32,000 nucleotides of DNA from Schaalia odontolytica (GTDB lineage Bacteria > Actinomycetota > Actinomycetes > Actinomycetales > Actinomycetaceae). The position numbers were made by a program, and so were the translations under genes. The stretch is taken from contig NZ_CP040006.1 in assembly GCF_005696695.1 (NCBI RefSeq), positions 1,260,001 through 1,292,000 on the forward strand, given 5' to 3'. Numbering within the stretch: position 1 is the stretch's first letter; each line of letters begins with the position of its first letter. This document shows positions 26,342-32,000 of this stretch, in pieces. The notes below the pieces were generated by a model. The model saw nothing but the letters and a program-made list of their open reading frames with translations, had not been told where the DNA came from and did not search any database.

Positions 26342-29046
26342 AGAGCCTCGATTTCCTTGCGGATCGCGTCAATCGCATCGGCAACACCCTCGGGCTTGGT
26401 GCCGCCGCCCTGGGCGATGTCGTCACGGCCACCGCCGCCACCGCCCATGTACTTACCGACGGCGCGAACCAGCGCACCGGCCTTCACCGACGCCTCGCGC
26501 GCTGCCTCGTTCGTCGCGACGACGAGCGAAGGCTTGCCACCGACGACGCCAGCAAGGGCAACGACGGTCCCGCGCTCATTGCCGAGGCGGTCGCGCACGT
26601 CGAGCGCGAGGGTACGCAGAGCGTCCGCGGACGGCATCTCACCGACTGCGGAGGCGACGACGGTCACGGGACCGATAGCCTTCGCGGAAGCTGCCAGATC
26701 GGCGCCCTGGCTCAGAGCCTGTGCCGTGCGGATCTTCTCGAGCTCCTTCTCCGACTCGCGCAGCTTGGTCAGCAGCGACTCAATGCGCTCGGGCAGTTCA
26801 TCGGCGCGGCCGCCCACGAGCTGGGAGAGCTGGTTGACGAGCGCGTGTTCCTTGGCCTGGAACTCGTATGCGCCGTCGCCCACCAGCGCGTCGATACGAC
26901 GCACGCCCGAGCCGACGGATCCTTCGGAGAGCACCGTGATGCGGCCGATGTGACCGGTCGTGGGAACGTGGGTGCCGCCGCACAGCTCACGGTCGAACCC
27001 ATCACCGATGGTCACGACGCGAACCTCGGAACCGTACTTTTCGCCAAACAGCGCGATCGCGCCGGCTTCACGCGCGGCATCGATGCTCATGACCTCGGTG
27101 GTCACGGCCAGATCCTCGGCAAGCTTCTCGTTGACGAGGGCCTCAATATCACTCAGCTGCGAGCCCTCAAGAGCGGAGCCGTGGCGGAAGTCGAAGCGCA
27201 GGCGCGACGGCGAGTTCTCCGAACCCGCCTGGGTTGCGTCCTCCGACACGACGTTACGCAGGCCCGCGTACACCATGTGGGTCGCAGTGTGAGCACGCGC
27301 AATGGCGAGGCGACGCTGGCCGTCGATCTCGGCGTACGCCTTCTCGCCCACCGTCATGCCACCCTCGGTGAGGGTGCCGCGGTGGACGCTCAGACCACGG
27401 ATGGGAGCCTGGACGTCGTGGACCTCAACAACACCGCCGCCAGCGAGACGGATCGTACCGTGGTCTGCCAGCTGGCCACCCATCTCGGCGTAGAACGGAG
27501 TGCGATCGAGGATGACCTCAACTTCGGCAGGAGCACTGGCAGCAGGAGCCGCCACACCATCGACGAGCAGAGCCTCAACGGTGGCCTCAGCAGCCTGCTC
27601 CGTGTAGCCCAGGAACGTCGAGCCGCCGCCCATCGCCTTCTCAATGTCATGGAAGACGCGGACGTCGGTGTGCCCGGTCTTCTTCGAGCGAGCGTCGGCG
27701 CGTGCGCGCTCCTTCTGCTCGGCCATCAGAGTGCGGAAGCCTTCCTCGTCGACCGACACGCCCTGCTCGGCGGCCATCTCGAGGGTCAGATCGATCGGGA
27801 AGCCGTAGGTGTCGTGCAGCGAGAACGCCGACGCACCAGAAATCACGGGGGCGCCCTTCGATTCCTTCGCCGTTGCAACCGCTGCATCCAGGATCGTCGT
27901 GCCGGCGCTGAGGGTGCGACGGAACGCGTCTTCCTCCGCGTAAGCAACTTCGGAGATCGTCTTCCAGTTGGTCTCCAGCTCGGGGTACGACGCCTTCATC
28001 GCGTCCTTCGAGGCGGTGAGCAGCGTCGGCATGGTTGCCTCGTCGACGCCCAGCAGACGCATCGAGCGAACGGCGCGGCGGATCAGGCGGCGCAGCACGT
28101 AGCCGCGGCCATCGTTACCGGGACGCACTCCATCGCCAATGAGCATGAGCGAGGAACGCACGTGGTCCGCGACGACACGCATGCGCACGTCGTCGTCATA
28201 GGCGGCGCCGGCCTCGGGGCCAGCGGCGCCCAGACCGTAGCGCTTACCGCTCATCTGCATGGCGGCCTCGATGACGGGGAAGACCTCGTCGATCTCGTAC
28301 ATGTTGGGCTTGTCCTGCATAACGAAAGCCAGACGCTCCAGGCCGGCGCCCGTATCGATCGCCTTCTTGTCCAGCTCACCCAGCAACGGGTAGTCCTTGC
28401 CGGAACCCTCACCACGCATGTACTGGTCGAACACCAGGTTCCACACCTCGAGGTAGCGGTCGCCACCCGGGTCGACGGTACCGCCCACGGCCTCAGGGCC
28501 ATACTCGGGGCCGCGGTCGTAGTGCCACTCGGCGCACGGACCCGCCGGGCCGGGCTGGCCCGTGTCCCAGAAGTTCTCCTCGCGCGGCAGACGCACGATG
28601 TGCTTGGGGTCCATGCCGATCTGCTTCGTCAGCACGTCGAAAGCCTCGTCGTCCTGATCCCACAGGGTCACCCAGAAGCGATCGCCATCCAGACCGTACA
28701 TGCCCTCGTCGCGCGAGCCAGTCAGTAGCTCCCACGCGTAGTTGATCGCACCTTCCTTGAAGTAATCGCCGAAGGAGAAGTTGCCGTTCATCTGGAAGAA
28801 CGTGCCGTGACGGGTCGTCTTGCCGACGTTGTCGATGTCGTTCGTGCGGATGCACTTCTGAACCGACGCGGCACGCGGCCACGGCGCGGGCTCAACGCCC
28901 GTGATGTAAGGGATGAACGGAACCATGCCCGCGATCGTGAACAGAATCGAGGGCTCCGGAGAGACGAGAGAAACGGAAGGACGAATCTCATGACCCTGCT
29001 TCTCGAAGTAGTCGAGCCAGCGGGTGCGGATTTCAGACGTACGCAT
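26338..29046 (-). CDS. alaS: Alanine--tRNA ligase
   Basis: The motif FTIAGMVPFIPY, the editing-domain HTATHMVYAGLR and the C-terminal DHHA1 GGGGGGRDDIAQGGG are present. It is 902 aa. Confidence 0.97.
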   Translation of the reverse strand: MRTSEIRTRWLDYFEKQGHEIRPSVSLVSPEPSILFTIAGMVPFIPYITGVEPAPWPRAASVQKCIRTNDIDNVGKTTRHGTFFQMNGNFSFGDYFKEGAINYAWELLTGSRDEGMYGLDGDRFWVTLWDQDDEAFDVLTKQIGMDPKHIVRLPREENFWDTGQPGPAGPCAEWHYDRGPEYGPEAVGGTVDPGGDRYLEVWNLVFDQYMRGEGSGKDYPLLGELDKKAIDTGAGLERLAFVMQDKPNMYEIDEVFPVIEAAMQMSGKRYGLGAAGPEAGAAYDDDVRMRVVADHVRSSLMLIGDGVRPGNDGRGYVLRRLIRRAVRSMRLLGVDEATMPTLLTASKDAMKASYPELETNWKTISEVAYAEEDAFRRTLSAGTTILDAAVATAKESKGAPVISGASAFSLHDTYGFPIDLTLEMAAEQGVSVDEEGFRTLMAEQKERARADARSKKTGHTDVRVFHDIEKAMGGGSTFLGYTEQAAEATVEALLVDGVAAPAASAPAEVEVILDRTPFYAEMGGQLADHGTIRLAGGGVVEVHDVQAPIRGLSVHRGTLTEGGMTVGEKAYAEIDGQRRLAIARAHTATHMVYAGLRNVVSEDATQAGSENSPSRLRFDFRHGSALEGSQLSDIEALVNEKLAEDLAVTTEVMSIDAAREAGAIALFGEKYGSEVRVVTIGDGFDRELCGGTHVPTTGHIGRITVLSEGSVGSGVRRIDALVGDGAYEFQAKEHALVNQLSQLVGGRADELPERIESLLTKLRESEKELEKIRTAQALSQGADLAASAKAIGPVTVVASAVGEMPSADALRTLALDVRDRLGNERGTVVALAGVVGGKPSLVVATNEAAREASVKAGALVRAVGKYMGGGGGGRDDIAQGGGTKPEGVADAIDAIRKEIEAL

Positions 29047-29117
29047 AGTCCCCCATGTTAGACGGTTGGCGCCGCTCGCGGCACATCGGCGCGCGCAATC
29101 GGACAGTGGAATGAAAG

Positions 29118-29154
29118 AAAAAACCGCGCCCCCGAGCGTCGCTCGGGGGCGCGG
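29118..29154 (-). terminator. Intrinsic terminator of rpsD
   Basis: The minus strand reads CCGCGCCCCCGAG / CGACG / CTCGGGGGCGCGG (13-14 bp) followed by TTTTTTCTTTC. It lies 12 nt after the rpsD stop. Confidence 0.85.
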
Positions 29155-29166
29155 AGTTGACTAGTG

Positions 29167-29790
29167 TCAGCGCGAGTAGTGCTCGACGACCATCTGGACG
29201 TCGACGGTCACGGGGACCTCAGCGCGCTTGGGGCGACGCACCAGGGTCGCCTTCAGGCGGGCGAGGTCAACGTCCAGGTACTCGGGGACGGCGGGCAGCA
29301 CGTCGCGGTGAATACCCTCAGCGGCGATCTCGAAGGGAACCGTGGTCTGCGACTTCGGCTTGACCTGCAGGGTCTGGCCGGGCTTCACGCGGAACGACGG
29401 ACGGTCGACGATCTTGCCATCAACGAGGATGTGACGGTGCACAACGAACTGGCGGGCCTGCTGGATGGTGCGGGCGAAGCCAGCGCGCAGAACGAGGGCG
29501 TCGAGACGCATCTCGAGCAGCTCGACCAGGTTCTCACCGGTCAGGCCGGCGGTGCGACGGGCCTCCTCGAAGGCGCGGCGCAGCTGCGACTCACGGATAC
29601 CGTACTGAGCGCGCAGACGCTGCTTTTCCTTCAGACGAACGGCGTAGTCGGAATCCTGGCGGCGGCGGGTGCGACCGTGCTCACCGGGGCCGTAGGGGCG
29701 CTTCTCGAAGTAGCGAACGGCCTTGGGGGTCAGAGCCAGACCGAGGGCGCGGGACTCGCGCACCTGCTTGCGGGAACGATTCGTTGCCAT
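29167..29790 (-). CDS. rpsD: 30S ribosomal protein S4
   Basis: The N-terminus is ALGLALTPKAVRYFEKRPYGPGEHG, and the S4 RNA-binding domain is RLDALVLRAGFARTIQQARQFVVHRHILVDG. AGGAAG lies 7 nt upstream of the ATG. Confidence 0.97.
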   Translation of the reverse strand: MATNRSRKQVRESRALGLALTPKAVRYFEKRPYGPGEHGRTRRRQDSDYAVRLKEKQRLRAQYGIRESQLRRAFEEARRTAGLTGENLVELLEMRLDALVLRAGFARTIQQARQFVVHRHILVDGKIVDRPSFRVKPGQTLQVKPKSQTTVPFEIAAEGIHRDVLPAVPEYLDVDLARLKATLVRRPKRAEVPVTVDVQMVVEHYSR

Positions 29791-29909
29791 GTTTCTTCTT
29801 CCTGTTTCTCATGTCATGCCGGGAATCCCAGCATGGGGCCAACTCCAGGATCACCTCGATCCGTCGGCTAAGGCCCCAGGTGCCCGCTGGTGCGGACAAC
29901 TGTTCCATC

Positions 29910-31253
29910 CTAGCGTCTTTTCAGCAGATTGCGAATCACACCGAGCCGCTTCGTGAGCATCGCCTCATGTCCGTTTTCGGTTGGCTCATAGTAACGGGCG
30001 CCTTCCAGGTCATCCGGGAGGTACTGCTGCGCGGCGACGTGGTGCGGCTGATCGTGCGCGTAGAGGTATCCGTCGCCATGCCCGAGAGACTTTGCACCGG
30101 CATAGTGCGCGTCACGCAGATGCTCCGGTACCGCTCCCCCACGTCCGGCGCGCACGTCGGCGATCGCGCGGTCAATCGCTAGGTACGTCGCATTCGACTT
30201 TGGGGCTGTCGCCACGGCGACAACCGCCTGGGCGAGAAGGAGACGCGCCTCGGGCATACCGATGAGAGCAACGCCCTGCGCGACACTCACACACATCGTG
30301 AGAACCTCGGGAGCCGCCATCCCGATTTCCTCGGAAGCGGCGATCATGATGCGCCGCGCAATAAAGCGCGGGTCTTCCCCGGCCTCGATCATGCGGGCGA
30401 GATAGTGCAGCGAGGCGTCCACATCGGACCCGCGCATCGACTTAATGAACGCGCTTGCTACGTCGTAATGCTGATCCTTGCTCCATCGAACCAGGGCTTG
30501 GTTCGCCGCAGCCTCGACGCTCGCGACAGTGATCTCGCCAGAGCCGTCATCACTGGCAACACCTGCCGCCGCCTCGAGGAGAGTCAACGACTTGCGCGCA
30601 TCCGAGCCCGCCAGACGCACGAGGCCGGCCACGGCCTCGTCCGTAATGGAGAAACGCTCCGCGAGACCCCGCTCATCGACCAGCGCACGCCGGATCAGCC
30701 CCTCGATTGCATCCGCGTCCAGGGGACGCAACGTCAGCAGGAGCGAGCGTGAAAGCAGCGGCGAAATAACCGAAAAGGACGGATTCTCCGTCGTCGCCGC
30801 GACGAGAACGACCCACCGATTCTCAACCGCCGGAAGCAGGGAATCCTGCTGCGACTTAGAAAAGCGATGCACCTCGTCGACGAACAGAATCGTCTCCTCT
30901 CCCCCACTGGCGAGGGTTCGACGCGCATCATCCACGACCCGCCGAACGTCGCTCACACCGGAAGAAACGGCGGACAGCTCAATGAAACGTCGCCCCGACG
31001 CGCGCGCGATCAGATAGGCGAGGGTCGTCTTACCCGTGCCCGGCGACCCCCACAGCACCACTGAGGAAACCGCGACACCGTCACTCGAACCGGGCGACAG
31101 GAGGCGGCGGAGCGGCGCCCCCTCACCGAGCAAGTGAGACTGCCCAACCACCTCGTCGAGGGTCGTCGGACGCATACGAACGGCGAGGGGCGCGCCCGCG
31201 TTGAAAGCAGGCACGCCCGACTCGTCGACAGATTCAGAATCAAACAGATCCAT
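29910..31253 (-). CDS. rarA: Replication-associated recombination protein A (AAA+ ATPase RarA/MgsA)
   Basis: The motifs MRPTTLDEVVGQSHLLG, Walker A GSPGTGKTTLA and Walker B ILFVDEVHRF are present, along with a MgsA C-terminal region. The start is set at ATG 31253 (MDLFDSE...). The ORF-track extension to 31325 overlaps the upstream gene. Confidence 0.92.
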   Translation of the reverse strand: MDLFDSESVDESGVPAFNAGAPLAVRMRPTTLDEVVGQSHLLGEGAPLRRLLSPGSSDGVAVSSVVLWGSPGTGKTTLAYLIARASGRRFIELSAVSSGVSDVRRVVDDARRTLASGGEETILFVDEVHRFSKSQQDSLLPAVENRWVVLVAATTENPSFSVISPLLSRSLLLTLRPLDADAIEGLIRRALVDERGLAERFSITDEAVAGLVRLAGSDARKSLTLLEAAAGVASDDGSGEITVASVEAAANQALVRWSKDQHYDVASAFIKSMRGSDVDASLHYLARMIEAGEDPRFIARRIMIAASEEIGMAAPEVLTMCVSVAQGVALIGMPEARLLLAQAVVAVATAPKSNATYLAIDRAIADVRAGRGGAVPEHLRDAHYAGAKSLGHGDGYLYAHDQPHHVAAQQYLPDDLEGARYYEPTENGHEAMLTKRLGVIRNLLKRR

Positions 31254-31263
31254 GAAACCTAGC

Positions 31264-32000
31264 TTAGGACAGAGTGACTCCACTCGAGGAAGAGCCGATC
31301 TTAGGACCAGAGAGAACCTGGACAACCACGAGGCCGCCGAGGATCAGCATGCAGGCACCGGCACCGAGCAGGTATCCGTTGAGTCCCTCGGACTCATCGC
31401 CAGCGAGCGAGGAGGACAGCATCTCCGCATGAAGCTTCACGGCGCCCGATGCGTCAACCGACGAACCATTCGCTGCTGCACCGACAGCGGAAGCAACCTT
31501 AAATTCGGCCCATCCGACGAGCTCGTGCGAGCGGTTTGCGACAACGACCTTGTACTCACCGGTCGGCAGACCCGTGAGGTCCATGGTGACCTTGTTGGAG
31601 TCCTCGACCTGCAGCCAGCGGGCCTCGCCAGTCTGCATGATGTTGGCGCTCACCCAGTCGCCGACGGCAGCCTTCTCCGACGGCACGTTGATCGTCAGCT
31701 GGCCGGCCGTGAAGGCTGCGCTGACACCACCCTTATTCGAGTCGTTGAGCTGGGACACGTCACTAATCGGCGAGACGGGGGTCTCAGACGGCTGCGAAGC
31801 GGTCGCAGATGCAGACGGAGTGGGCGTGGGGGACGCGCTCTCGGAAGGAGTCGGGATCGGGCGCACGGCCGGCAGCTGCGGGTCATCGGGCACCGGTGCG
31901 GGAGCGGCGGAAGGCTCCGTCGTGGGCTCAACGACCGGGTCCGGTGCGGGCACCGGAGCGGGATCAGCGGTCGGCTCGCTCGTCGGAGCGGGCTCGGGAT
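31264..32000 (-). CDS. Hypothetical Pro/Thr/Ser-rich protein with a C-terminal transmembrane anchor (5' end outside the window)
   Basis: The reading frame stays open to the window edge, and the GTG at 31953 is probably internal. The protein has three parts:
- a PT/PS-rich linker
- a roughly 100-aa beta-rich-looking domain (GQLTINVPSEKAAVGDWVSANIMQTGEARWLQVED...GEYKVVVANRSHELVGWAEFKV)
- a C-terminal hydrophobic helix (YLLGAGACMLILGGLVVVQVL)
I recognise no family. Confidence 0.6.
   Translation of the reverse strand, partial: PEPAPTSEPTADPAPVPAPDPVVEPTTEPSAAPAPVPDDPQLPAVRPIPTPSESASPTPTPSASATASQPSETPVSPISDVSQLNDSNKGGVSAAFTAGQLTINVPSEKAAVGDWVSANIMQTGEARWLQVEDSNKVTMDLTGLPTGEYKVVVANRSHELVGWAEFKVASAVGAAANGSSVDASGAVKLHAEMLSSSLAGDESEGLNGYLLGAGACMLILGGLVVVQVLSGPKIGSSSSGVTLS

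Noticed and set aside
31264-31400. Possible sortase (LPXTG/LAXTG) sorting signal at the C-terminus of the Pro-rich protein (SLAGDESEG...TM).
   Set aside because: LAGDE does not fit LPXTG or the class E LAXTG motif. The tail after the hydrophobic helix (SGPKIGSSSSGVTLS) lacks the basic cluster. I therefore treat it as a plain C-terminal membrane anchor.

Overview
This is a high-GC actinobacterial chromosomal segment made up almost entirely of core housekeeping genes. I call 26 CDS, 23 of them on the minus strand. As far as I recall, the gene order mirrors two conserved Mycobacterium/Actinomycetales neighbourhoods. The first is uvrB-coaE-rpsA-polA-pdtaR...pyk-lgt-trpABC-trpE. The second is rarA...alaS-ruvX-mltG-aroE. 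Here the two are joined through an A24 prepilin-peptidase gene.

Reading left to right:
- the 3' tail of an unidentified + strand gene
- an operon of two tandem TerC paralogs plus an overlapping P-type ATPase, preceded by what I read as a yybP-ykoY (Mn2+) riboswitch with an SD-sequestering platform
- uvrB, coaE, brnQ (+), rpsA, polA
- a PaaI/EntH-type hotdog thioesterase (+)
- an ANTAR response regulator (PdtaR-like)
- a 74-nt tRNA-like gene with a Leu (CAA) anticodon but a class-I-length variable loop
- a small 71-aa ORF in a lower-GC islet, bracketed by two strong terminators
- pyk, lgt, trpA, trpB, trpC, trpE
- an A24 peptidase, aroE, mltG, ruvX, alaS, rpsD, rarA
- a 5'-truncated Pro/Thr/Ser-rich, C-terminally anchored protein

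I saw no CRISPR array, IS element, integrase or recognisable defence system. The parts most worth a second look are the riboswitch/TerC/TerC/ATPase module (the ATPase has PQGL where PEGL is expected), the atypical tRNA-like gene, and the adjacent small ORF with its repeated CACGTGGAC motifs. All homology calls come from motif recognition by eye. Nothing was searched or computed.
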